Assembly (NCBI GenBank): GCA_964016885.1
Contig: OZ024743.1
Coordinates: forward strand, 140,864,001 to 140,928,000
Direction of reading: 5' to 3'
DNA length: 64,000 nucleotides
Source: Eledone cirrhosa
Taxonomy: Eukaryota
The first letter of the stretch is position 1. The number at the start of each line of letters is the position of its first letter. Under the pieces are notes generated by a model. The model ran no database searches and was not told the origin of the DNA. It saw only the letters and a list, made by a program, of their open reading frames with translations. A program made the translations under genes and the position numbers. Positions 26,101-37,748 of this stretch are shown in pieces.

Positions 26101-29100
26101 TTGGTGTTTGGTGTTTGGTGCTAGGTGCTTGGTGTTTGGTGCTTGGTGCTTGGTGTTTGTACTTGGTGCTTGGTGCTTGGTTCTTGGTGTTTGGTGCTTG
26201 GTGCTTGGTGTTTGGTGCTTGGTGCTTGGTGTTTGGTGCTTGGTGTTTGGTGCTTGGTGTTTGGTGCTTGGTGCTTGGTGCTTGGTGTTTGGTGCTTGGT
26301 GTTTGGTGCTTGGTGTTAGGTGTTTGGTGCTTGGTGCTTGGTGTTAGGTGTTTGGTGCTTGGTATTTGGTGCTTGGTGTTTGGTGCTTGGTGCTTGGTGC
26401 TTGGTGCTTGGTGTTTGGTGGTTGGTGTTTGGTACTTGGTGTTAGGTGTTTGGTGCTTGGTGCTTGGTGTTTGGTGTTTGGTGCTTGGTGTTTGGTGTTT
26501 GGTGCTTGGTGTTTGGTGCTTTTTGCTTGGTGCTTGGTTCTTGGTGTTTGGTGCTGGGTGCTTGGTGTTTGGTGTTTGGTGTTATATGCTTGGTGTTTGA
26601 TGCTTGGTGCTTGGTGCTTGGTGTTTGGTGTTTGGTGCTTGGTGTTTGGTGCTTTTTGCTTGGTGCTTGGTTCTTGGTGCTTGGTGCTTGGTGCTTGGTG
26701 TTTGGTGCTTGGTGCTTGGTGCTTGGTGTTTGGTGCTTGGTGTTTGGTGCTTGGTGCTTGGTGTTTGGTGCTTGGTACTTGGTGCTTGGTGTTTCGTGTT
26801 TCGTGTTTGGTGCTTGGTGCTTGGTGCTTGGTCCTTGGTGCTTGGTCCTTGGTGTTTGGTGCTGGGTGCATTGTGTTTGGTGCTTGGTGCTTGGTGTTTG
26901 GTGCTTGGTGCTTGGTGTTTGGTGCCTGGTGCTTGGTGTTTGGTGTTTGGTGCTTGGTGCTTGGAGTTTGGTGTTTGGTGCTTGGTGCTTGGTGTTTCGT
27001 GTTTCGTGTTTGGTGCTTGGTGCTTGGTGCTTGGTCCTTGGTGTTTGGTGCTGGGTGCATTGTGCTTGGTGTTTTGTGTTTGGTGCTTGGTGGTTGGTGC
27101 TTGGTGTTTGGTGCTTGGTGTTTTGTGTTTGGTGCTTGGTGCTTGGTGTTTGGTGCTTGGTGCTGGGTGGTTGGTGTTTGGTGCTTGGTGTTTGGTGCTG
27201 GGTGCTTGGTGTTTGGTGCTGGGTGCTTGGTGTTTGGTGCTTGGTGCTTGGTGTTTGGTGCTTGGTGCTGGGTGGTTGGTGTTTGGTGCTTGGTGTTTGG
27301 TGCTGGGTGCTTGGTGTTTGGTGCTGGGTGCTTGGTGTTTGGTGCTTGGTGCTTGGTCTTTGGTGCTTGGTGTTTGGTGCTTGGTGCTTGGTGCTTGGTG
27401 TTTGGTGCTTGGTGCTTGGTGTTTGGTGCTTGGTGCTTGGTGTTTGGTTTTTGGTGCTTGGTGCTTGGTGTTTGGTGCTTGGTGCTGGGTGGTTGGTTTT
27501 TGGTGCTTGGTGTTTGGTGCTGGGTGCTTGGTGTTTGGTGCTGGGTGCTTGGTGTTTGGTGCTTGGTGCTTGGTGTTTGGTGCTTGGTGCTGGGTGGTTG
27601 GTGTTTGGTGCTTGGTGTTTGGTGCTGGGTGCTTGGTGTTTGGTGCTGGGTGCTTGGTGTTTTGTGCTTGGTGCTTGGTCTTTGGTGCTTGGTGTTTGGT
27701 GCTTGGTGCTTGGTGCTTGGTGTTTGGTGCTTGGTGCTTGGTGTTTGGTGCTTGGTGCTTGGTGTTTGGTTTTTGGTGCTTGGTGCTTGGTGTTTGGTGT
27801 TTGGTGCTTGCTGCTGGCTGCTTGGTGTTTGATGCATGGTGATTGGTGCTTGGTGTTTGGTGCTTGGTGTTTGGTGTTTGATGCTTGGTGCTTGGTGCTT
27901 GGTGTTTGGTGCTTGGTGCTTGGTGTTTGGTGCTTGGTGCTTGGTGTTTCGTGCTTGGTGTTTGGTGCTTGGTGTTTGGTGCTTGGTGCTTGTTGCTTGG
28001 TGCTTGGTGTTTGGTGGTTGGTGCTTGGTGCTTGGTGTTAGGTGTTTGGTGCTTGGTGCTTGGTGTTTGGTGTTTGGTGCTTGGTGTTTGGTGTTTGGTG
28101 CTTGGTGTTTGGTGCTTGGTACTTGGTGCTTGGTGCTTGGTGTTAGGTGTTTGGTGCTTGGTGCTTGGTGTCTGGTTTTTGGTGCTTGGTGCTTGGTGTT
28201 TAGTGTTTGGTGCTTGCTGCTGGCTGCTTGGTGTTTGGTGCTTGGTGATTGGTGCTTGGTGTTTGGTGCTTGGTGTTTGGTGTTTGGTGCTTGGTGATTG
28301 GTGTTTGTACTTGGTGCTTGGTGCTTGGTTCTTGGTGTTTGGTGCTTGGTGCTTGGTGTTTGGTGTTATATGCTTGGTGTTTGATGCTTGGTGCTTGGTG
28401 CTTGGTGTTTGGTGTTTGGTGTTTGATGCTTGGTGCTTGGTGTTTGGTGCTTGGTGCTTGGTGCTTGGTGTTTGGTGGTTGGTGCTTGGTGCTTGGTGTT
28501 TGGTGTTTGGTGCTTGGTGTTTGGTGCTTTTTGCTTGGTGCTTGGTTCTTGGTGTTTGGTGCTGGGTGCTTGGTGTTTGGTGTTTGGTGTTATATGCTTG
28601 GTGTTTGATGCTTGGTGCTTGGTGCTTGGTGTTTGGTGTTTGGTGCTTGGTGTTTGATGCTTGGTGCTTGGTGTTTGGTGCTTGGTACTTGGTGCTTGGT
28701 GCTTGGTGTTAGGTGTTTGGTGCTTGGTGTTTGGTGTCTGGTTTTTGGTGCTTGGTGCTTGGTGTTTGGTGCTTGCTGCTGGCTGCTTGGTGTTTGGTGC
28801 TTGTTGATTGGTGCTTGGTGTTTGGTGCTAGGTGCTTGGTGTTTGGTGCTTGGTGCTTGGTGTTTGTACTTGGTGCTTGGTGCTTGGTTCTTGGTGTTTG
28901 GTGCTTGGTGCTTGGTGTTTGGTGCTTGGTGCTTGGTGTTTGGTGCTTGGTGTTTGGTGCTTGGTGTTTGGTGCTTGGTGCTTGGTGCTTGGTGTTTGGT
29001 GCTTGGTGTTTGGTGCTTGGTGTTAGGTGTTTGGTGCTTGGTGCTTGGTGTTAGGTGTTTGGTGCTTGGTGTTTGGTGCTTGGTGTTTGGTGCTTGGTGC

Positions 29101-32100
29101 TTGGTGCTTGGTGCTTGGTGTTTGGTGGTTGGTGTTTGGTGCTTGGTGTTAGGTGTTTGGTGCTTGGTGCTTGGTGTTTGGTGTTTGGTGCTTGGTGTTT
29201 GGTGTTTGGTGCTTGGTGTTTGGTGCTTTTTGCTTGGTGCTTGGTGCTTGGTGTTTGGTGCTTGGTGCTTGGTGTTTGGTGCTGGGTGCTTGGTGTTTGG
29301 TGTTTGGTGTTATATGCTTGGTGTTTGATGCTTGGTGCTTGGTGCTTGGTGTTTGGTGTTTGGTGCTTGGTGTTTGATGCTTGGTGCTTGGTGCTTGGTG
29401 TTTGGTGCTTGGTGCTTGGTGTTTGGTTCTTGGTGCTTGGTGTTTGGTGCTTGGTGTTTGGTGCTTGGTGTTTGGTGCTTGGTGCTTGGTGCTTGGTGCT
29501 TGGTGTTTGGTGGTTGGTGCTTGGTGCTTGGTGTTAGGTGTTTGGTGCTTGGTGCTTGGTGTTTGGTGTTTGGTGCTTGGTGTTTGGTGTTTGGTGCTTG
29601 GTGTTTGGTGATTGGTACTTGGTGCTTGGTGCTTGGTGTTAGGTGTTTGGTGCTTGGTGTTTGGTGTTTGGTGCTTGCTGCTGGCTGCTTGGTGTTTTGT
29701 GCTTGGTGATTGGTGCTTGGTGTTTGGTGCTTGGTGTTTGGTGTTTGGTGCTAGGTGCTTGGTGTTTGGTGCTTGGTGCTTGGTGTTTGTACTTGGTGCT
29801 TGGTGCTTGGTTCTTGGTGTTTGGTGCTTGGTGCTTGGTGTTTGGTGCTTGGTGCTTGGTGTTTGGTGCTTGGTGTTTGGTGCTTGGTGTTAGGTGTGTG
29901 GTGCTTGGTGCTTGGTGTTTGGTGTTTGGTGCTTGGTGTTTGGTGTTTGGTGTTATATGCTTGGTGTTTGATGCTTGGTGCTTGGTGCTTGGTGTTTGGT
30001 GCTTGGTGTTTGATGCTTGGTGCTTGGTGCTTGGTGTTTGGTGCTTGGTGCTTGGTGTTTGGTGTTTGGTGCTTGGTGTTTGGTGTTTGGTGTTATATGC
30101 TTGGTGTTTGATGCTTGGTGCTTGGTGCTTGGTGTTTGGTGTTTGGTGCTTGGTGTTTGATGCTTGGTGCTTGGTGCTTGGTGTTTGGTGCTTGGTGCTT
30201 GGTGCTTGGTGTTTGGTGCTTGGTGTTTGGTGCTTGGTGTATGGTGCTTGGTGCTTGGTGCTTGGTGTTTGGTGGTTGGTGCTTGGTGCTTGGTGTTAGG
30301 TGTTTGGTGCTTGGTGCTTGGTGTTTGGTGTTTGGTGCTTGGTGTCTGGTGTTTGGTGTTTGGTGTTTGGTGCTTGGTACTTGGTGCTTGGTGCTTGGTG
30401 TTAGGTGTTTGGTGCTTGGTGTTTGGTGTCTGGTTTTTGGTGCTTGGTGCTTGGTGTTTGGTGCTTGCTGCTGGCTGCTTGGTGTTTGGTGCTTGGTGAT
30501 TGGTTCTTGGTGTTTGGTGCTTGGTGTTTGGTGTTTGGTGCTAGGTGCTTGGTGTTTGGTGCTTGGTGCTTGGTGTTTGTACTTGGTGCTTGGTGCTTGG
30601 TTCTTGGTGTTTGGTGCTTGGTGCTTGGTGTTTGGTGCTTGGTGCTTGGTGTTTGGTGCTTGGTGTTTGGTGCTTGGTGTTTGGTGCTTGGTGCTTGGTG
30701 CTTGGTGTTTGGTGCTTGGTGTTTGGTGCTTGGTGTTAGGTGTTTGGTGCTTGGTGCTTGGTGTTAGGTGTTTGGTGCTTGGTATTTGGTGCTTGGTGTT
30801 TGGTGCTTGGTGCTTGGTGCTTGGTGCTTGGTGTTTGGTGGTTGGTGTTTGGTACTTGGTGTTAGGTGTTTGGTGCTTGGTGCTTGGTGTTTGGTGTTTG
30901 GTGCTTGGTGTTTGGTGTTTGGTGCTTGGTGTTTGGTGCTTTTTGCTTGGTGCTTGGTTCTTGGTGTTTGGTGCTGGGTGCTTGGTGTTTGGTGTTTGGT
31001 GTTATATGCTTGGTGTTTGATGCTTGGTGCTTGGTGCTTGGTGTTTGGTGTTTGGTGCTTGGTGTTTGGTGCTTTTTGCTTGGTGCTTGGTTCTTGGTGC
31101 TTGGTGCTTGGTGCTTGGTGTTTGGTGCTTGGTGCTTGGTGCTTGGTGTTTGGTGCTTGGTGTTTGGTGCTTGGTGCTTGGTGTTTGGTGCTTGGTACTT
31201 GGTGCTTGGTGTTTCGTGTTTCGTGTTTGGTGCTTGGTGCTTGGTGCTTGGTCCTTGGTGTTTGGTGCTGGGTGCATTGTGTTTGGTGCTTGGTGCTTGG
31301 TGCTTGGTGCTTGGTGTTTGGTGCTTGGTGCTTGGTGTTTGGTGCCTGGTGCTTGGTGTTTGGTGTTTGGTGCTTGGTGCTTGGAGTTTGGTGTTTGGTG
31401 CTTGGTGCTTGGTGTTTCGTGTTTCGTGTTTGGTGCTTGGTGCTTGGTGCTTGGTCCTTGGTGTTTGGTGCTGGGTGCATTGTGCTTGGTGTTTTGTGTT
31501 TGGTGCTTGGTGGTTGGTGCTTGGTGTTTGGTGCTTGGTGTTTTGTGTTTGGTGCTTGGTGCTTGGTGTTTGGTGCTTGGTGCTGGGTGGTTGGTGTTTG
31601 GTGCTTGGTGTTTGGTGCTGGGTGCTTGGTGTTTGGTGCTGGGTGCTTGGTGTTTGGTGCTTGGTGCTTGGTGTTTGGTGCTTGGTGCTGGGTGGTTGGT
31701 GTTTGGTGCTTGGTGTTTGGTGCTGGGTGCTTGGTGTTTGGTGCTGGGTGCTTGGTGTTTGGTGCTTGGTGCTTGGTCTTTGGTGCTTGGTGTTTGGTGC
31801 TTGGTGCTTGGTGCTTGGTGTTTGGTGCTTGGTGCTTGGTGTTTGGTGCTTGGTGCTTGGTGTTTGGTTTTTGGTGCTTGGTGCTTGGTGTTTGGTGTTT
31901 GGTGCTTGCTGCTGGCTGCTTGGTGTTTGATGCATGGTGATTGGTGCTTGGTGTTTGGTGCTTGGTGTTTGGTGTTTGATGCTTGGTGCTTGGTGCTTGG
32001 TGTTTGGTGCTTGGTGCTTGGTGTTTGGTGCTTGGTGCTTGGTGTTTCGTGCTTGGTGTTTGGTGCTTGGTGTTTGGTGCTTGGTGCTTGGTGCTTGGTG

Positions 32101-32500
32101 CTTGGTGTTTGGTGGTTGGTGCTTGGTGCTTGGTGTTAGGTGTTTGGTGCTTGGTGCTTGGTGTTTGGTGTTTGGTGCTTGGTGTTTGGTGTTTGGTGCT
32201 TGGTGTTTGGTGCTTGGTACTTGGTGCTTGGTGCTTGGTGTTAGGTGTTTGGTGCTTGGTGCTTGGTGTCTGGTTTTTGGTGCTTGGTGCTTGGTGTTTG
32301 GTGTTTGGTGCTTGCTGCTGGCTGCTTGGTGTTTGGTGCTTGGTGATTGGTGCTTGGTGTTTGGTGCTTGGTGTTTGGTGTTTGGTGCTTGGTGATTGGT
32401 GTTTGTACTTGGTGCTTGGTGCTTGGTTCTTGGTGTTTGGTGCTTGGTGCTTGGTGTTTGGTGTTATATGCTTGGTGTTTGATGCTTGGTGCTTGGTGCT
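20115..32500 (+). repeat. Domain B HOR: units of 4077 bp (20115-24191) and 4420 bp (24192-28611), plus most of a third unit
   Basis: ORF series 20115/24192/28612 and 22271/26348/30768. Diagnostic markers CTTGTTGATTGG (about 20303, 24380, 28800), GGTGTATGG and GATGCATGG recur in register. Confidence 0.88.
22680..23040 (+). repeat. 203-bp (29-monomer) sub-repeat carrying TTCGTGTTTCGTG / GGTCC / GGGTGCATTGTG markers
   Basis: TTCGTG pair at about 22688 and 22891; GCATTG at 22749 and 22952. The doublet recurs near 26.8, 31.2, 34.9, 36.2, 40.3 and 43.9 kb. Confidence 0.85.
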
Positions 32501-33000
32501 TGGTGTTTGGTGTTTGGTGTTTGATGCTTGGTGCTTGGTGTTTGGTGCTTGGTGCTTGGTGTTTGTACTTGGTGCTTGGTGCTTGGTGCTTGGTGTTTGG
32601 TGCTTGGTGCTTGGTGCTTGGTGCTTGGTCCTTGGTGCTTGGTGTTTGGTGGTTGGTGTTTGGTGCTTGGTGTTAGGTGTTTGGTGCTTGGTGCTTGGTG
32701 TTTGGTGTTTGGTGCTTGGTGTTTGGTGTTTGGTGCTTGGTGATTGGTGTTTGTACTTGGTGCTTGGTGCTTGGTTCTTGGTGTTTGGTGCTTGGTGCTT
32801 GGTGTTTGGTGTTATATGCTTGGTGTTTGATGCTTGGTGCTTGGTGCTTGGTGTTTGGTGTTTGGTGTTTGATGCTTGGTGCTTGGTGTTTGGTGCTTGG
32901 TGCTTGGTGTTTGTACTTGGTGCTTGGTGCTTGGTGCTTGGTGTTTGGTGCTTGGTGCTTGGTGCTTGGTGCTTGGTCCTTGGTGCTTGGTGTTTGGTGC
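32390..33000 (+). repeat. Local 348-bp duplication
   Basis: GGTGATTGGTGTTTGTAC at 32391 and 32739, with TTATATG, TTGTAC and GGTCC downstream in register. Confidence 0.75.
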
Positions 33001-36000
33001 TTGGTGTTAGGTGTTTGGTGCTTGGTGTTTGGTGCTTGGTGTTTGGTGCTTGGTGTTTGGTGTTTGATGCTTGGTGCTTGGTGCTTGGTGTTTGGTGCTT
33101 GGTGCTTGGTGTTTGGTGCTTGGTGCTTGGTGTTTGGTTTTTGGTGCTTGGTGCTTGGTGTTTGGTGTTTGGTGCTTGCTGCTGGCTGCTTGGTGTTTGA
33201 TGCATGGTGATTGGTGCTTGGTGTTTGGTGCTTGGTGTTTGGTGTTTGATGCTTGGTGCTTGGTGCTTGGTGTTTGGTGCTTGGTGCTTGGTGTTTGGTG
33301 CTTGGTGCTTGGTGTTTGGTGCTTGGTGTTTGGTGCTTGGTGTTTGGTGCTTGGTGCTTGGTGCTTGGTGCTTGGTATTTGGTGGTTGGTGCTTGGTGCT
33401 TGGTGTTAGGTGTTTGGTGCTTGGTGCTTGGTGTTTGGTGTTTGGTGCTTGGTGTTTGGTGTTTGGTGCTTGGTGTTTGGTGCTTGGTACTTGGTGCTTG
33501 GTGCTTGTTGTTAGGTGTTTGGTGCTTGGTGCTTGGTGTTTGGTTTTTGGTGCTTGGTGCTTGGTGTTTGGTGTTTGGTGCTTGCTGCTGGCTGCTTGGT
33601 GTTTGGTGCTTGGTGATTGGTGCTTGGTGTTTGGTGCTTGGTGTTTGGTGTTTGTACTTGGTGCTTGGTGCTTGGTTCTTGGTGTTTGGTGCTTGGTGCT
33701 TGGTGTTTGGTGTTATATGCTTGGTGTTTGATGCTTGGTGCTTGGTGCTTGGTGTATGGTGTTTGGTGTTTGATACTTGGTGCTTGGTGTTTGGTGCTTG
33801 GTGCTTGGTGTTTGTACTTGGTGCTTGGTGCTTGGTGCTTGGTGTTTGGTGCTTGGTGCTTGGTGCTTGGTCCTTGGTGCTTGGTGTTTGGTGGTTGGTG
33901 TTTGGTGCTTGGTGTTAGGTGTTTGGTGCTTGGTGCTTGGTGTTTGGTGTTTGGTGCTTGGTGTTTGGTGTTTGGTGCTTGGTATTTGGTGCTTGGTACA
34001 TGGTGCTTGGTGCTTGGTGTTAGGTGTTTGGTGCTTGGTGTTTGGTGCTTGGTGTTTGGTGCTTGGTGTTTGGTGCTTGGTGTTAGGTGTTTGGTGCTTG
34101 GTGCTTGGTGTTTGGTGTTTGGTGCTTGGTGTTTGGTGTTTGGTGCTTGGTGTTTGGTGCTTTTTGCTTGGTGCTTGGTGCTTGGTGTTTGGTGCTGGGT
34201 GCTTGGTGCTTGGTGTTTGGTGTTATATTCTTGGTGTTTGATGCTTGGTGCTTGGTGCTTGGTGTTTGGTGTTTGGTGCTTGGTGTTTGATGCTTGGTGC
34301 TTGGTGCTTGGTGTTTGGTGCTTGGTGCTTGGTGTTTGGTGCTTGGTGTTTGGTGCTTGGTGTTTGGTGCTTGGTGCTTGGTGCTTGGTGCTTGGTGTTT
34401 GGTGGTTGGTGCTTGGTGCTTGGTGTTAGGTGTTTGGTGCTTGGTGCTTGGTGTCTGGTTATTGGTGCTTGGTGCTTGGTGTTTGGTGCTTGTTGCTGGC
34501 TGCTTGGTGTTTGGTGCTTGGTGATTGGTGCTTGGTGTTTGGTGCTTGGTGTTTGGTGTTTGGTGCTTGGTGTTTGTACTTGGTGTTTGGTGCTTGGTGT
34601 TTGGTGCTAGGTGCTTGGTGTTTGGTGCTTGGTGCTTGGTGTTTGGTGCCTGGTGCTTGGTGTTTGGTGTTTGGTGTTTGGTGCTTGGTGCTTGGTGTTT
34701 GGTGTTTGCTGTTTGCTGTTTGGTGTTTGTTGTTTGGTGTTTGTTGTTTGGTGTTTGCTGTTTGGTGTTTGGTGTTTGCTTTTTGGTGTTTGGTGTTTGA
34801 TGTATGTTGTTTGCTGTTTGGTGTTTGGTGTTTGGTGCTTGGTGCTTGGTGTTTGGTGCTTGGTGCTTGGTGTTTGGTGCCTGGTGCTTGGTGTTTGGTG
34901 TTTGGTGCTTGGTGCTTGGAGTTTGGTGTTTGGTGCTTGGTGCTTGGTGTTTCGTGTTTCGTGTTTGGTGCTTGGTGCTTGGTGCTTGGTCCTTGGTGTT
35001 TGGTGCTGGGTGCATTGTGTTTGGTGCTTGGTGCTTGGTGCTTGGTGCTTGGTGTTTGGTGCTTGGTGCTTGGTGTTTGGTGCCTGGTGCTTGGTGTTTG
35101 GTGTTTGGTGCTTGGTGCTTGGAGTTTGGTGTTTGGTGCTTGGTGCTTGGTGTTTCGTGTTTCGTGTTTGGTGCTTGGTGCTTGGTGCTTGGTCCTTGGT
35201 GTTTGGTGCTGGGTGCATTGTGCTTGGTGTTTTGTGTTTGGTGCTTGGTGGTTGGTGCTTGGTGTTTGGTGCTTGGTGCTTGGTGCTTGGTGTTTTGTGT
35301 TTGGTGCTTGGTGCTTGGTGTTTGGTGCTTGGTGCTGGGTGGTTGGTGTTTGGTGCTTGGTGTTTGGTGCTGGGTGCTTGGTGTTTGGTGTTTGGTGTTT
35401 GGTGCTAGGTGCTTGGTGTTTGGTGCTTGGTGCTTGGTGTTTGTACTTGGTGCTTGGTGCTTGGTTCTTGGTGTCTGGTGCTTGGTGCTTGGTGTTTGGT
35501 GCTTGGTGCTTGGTGTTTGGTGCTTGGTGTTTGGTGCTTGGTGTTTGGTGCTTGGTGCTTGGTGCTTGGTGTTTGGTGCTTGGTGTTTGGTGCTTGGTGT
35601 TAGGTGTTTGGTGCTTGGTGCTTGGTGTTAGGTGTTTGGTGCTTGGTATTTGGTGCTTGGTGTTTGGTGCTTGGTGCTTGGTGCTTGGTGCTTGGTGTTT
35701 GGTGGTTGGTGTTTGGTGCTTGGTGTTAGGTGTTTGGTGCTTGGTGCTTGGTGTTTGGTGTTTGGTGCTTGGTGTTTGGTGTTTGGTGCTTGGTGTTTGG
35801 TGCTTTTTGCTTGGTGCTTGGTGCTTGGTGTTTGGTGCTTGGTTCTTGGTGTTTGGTGCTGGGTGCTTGGTGTTTGGTGTTTGGTGTTATATGCTTGGTG
35901 TTTGGTGCTTGGTGATTGGTGCTTGGTGTTTGGTGCTTGGTGTTTGGTGTTTGGTGCTTGGTGCTTGGTGTTTGGTGTTTGGTGCTTGGTGTTTGGTGTT

Positions 36001-37748
36001 TGGTGCTTGGTGTTTGGTGCTTTTTGCTTGGTGCTTGGTTCTTGGTGTTTGGTGCTGGGTGCTTGGTGTTTGGTGTTTGGTGTTATATGCTTGGTGTTTG
36101 ATGCTTGGTGCTTGGTGCTTGGTGTTTGGTGTTTGGTGCTTGGTGTTTGATGCTTGGTGCTTGGTGCTTGGTGTTTGGTGCTTGGTGCTTGGTGCTTGGT
36201 GTTTGGTGCTTGGTGTTTGGTGCTTGGTGCTTGGTGTTTCGTGTTTCGTGTTTGGTGCTTGGTGCTTGGTGCTTGGTCCTTGGTGTTTGGTGCTGGGTGC
36301 ATTGTGTTTGGTGCTTGGTGCTTGGTGCTTGGTGCTTGGTGTTTGGTGCTTGGTGCTTGGTGTTTGGTGCCTGGTGCTTGGTGTTTGGTGTTTGGTGCTT
36401 GGTGCTTGGAGTTTGGTGTTTGGTGCTTGGTGCTTGGTGTTTCGTGTTTCGTGTTTGGTGCTTGGTGCTTGGTGCTTGGTCCTTGGTGTTTGGTGCTGGG
36501 TGCATTGTGCTTGGTGTTTTGTGTTTGGTGCTTGGTGGTTGGTGCTTGGTGTTTGGTGCTTGGTGCTTGGTGCTTGGTGTTTTGTGTTTGGTGCTTGGTG
36601 CTTGGTGTTTGGTGCTTGGTGCTGGGTGGTTGGTGTTTGGTGCTTGGTGTTTGGTGCTGGGTGCTTGGTGTTTGGTGCTGGGTGCTTGGTGTTTGGTGCT
36701 TGGTGCTTGGTGTTTGGTGCTTGGTGCTGGGTGGTTGGTGTTTGGTGCTTGGTGTTTGGTGCTGGGTGCTTGGTGTTTGGTGCTGGGTGCGTGGTGTTTG
36801 GTGCTTGGTGCTTGGTCTTTGGTGCTTGGTGTTTGGTGCTTGGTGCTTGGTGCTTGGTGTTTGGTGCTTGGTGCTTGGTGTTTGGTGCTTGGTGCTTGGT
36901 GTTTGGTTTTTGGTGCTTGGTGCTTGGTGTTTGGTGTTTGGTGCTTGCTGCTGGCTGCTTGGTGTTTGATGCATGGTGATTGGTGCTTGGTGTTTGGTGC
37001 TTGGTGTTTGGTGTTTGATGCTTGGTGCTTGGTGCTTGGTGTTTGGTGCTTGGTGCTTGGTGTTTGGTGCTTGGTGCTTGGTGTTTCGTGCTTGGTGTTT
37101 GGTGCTTGGTGTTTGGTGCTTGGTGCTTGGTGCTTGGTGCTTGGTGTTTGGTGGTTGGTGCTTGGTGCTTGGTGTTAGGTGTTTGGTGCTTGGTGCTTGG
37201 TGTTTGGTGTTTGGTGCTTGGTGTTTGGTGTTTGGTGCTTGGTGTTTGGTGCTTGGTACTTGGTGCTTGGTGCTTGGTGTTAGGTGTTTGGTGCTTGGTG
37301 CTTGGTGTCTGGTTTTTGGTGCTTGGTGCTTGGTGTTTGGTGTTTGGTGCTTGCTGCTGGCTGCTTGGTGTTTGGTGCTTGGTGATTGGTGCTTGGTGTT
37401 TGGTGCTTGGTGTTTGGTGTTTGGTGCTTGGTGATTGGTGTTTGTACTTGGTGCTTGGTGCTTGGTTCTTGGTGTTTGGTGCATGGTGCTTGGTGTTTGG
37501 TGTTATATGCTTGGTGTTTGATGCTTGGTGCTTGGTGCTTGGTGTTTGGTGTTTGGTGTTTGATGCTTGGTGCTTGGTGTTTGTTGCTTGGTGCTTGGTG
37601 CTTGGTGTTTGGTGGTTGGTGCTTGGTGCTTGGTGTTTGGTGTTTGGTGCTTGGTGTTTGGTGCTTTTTGCTTGGTGCTTGGTTCTTGGTGTTTGGTGCT
37701 GGGTGCTTGGTGTTTGGTGTTTGGTGTTATATGCTTGGTGTTTGATGC

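Noticed and set aside
30764-33205. Minus-strand mucin-like or collagen-like (TKHQAPS/TKHQTPN)n ORFs, up to 813 aa
   Set aside because: Same artefact on the reverse strand. The ATG starts come from rare CAT variants, 1-bp deletions shift frame freely, and there is no signal peptide or non-repetitive region.
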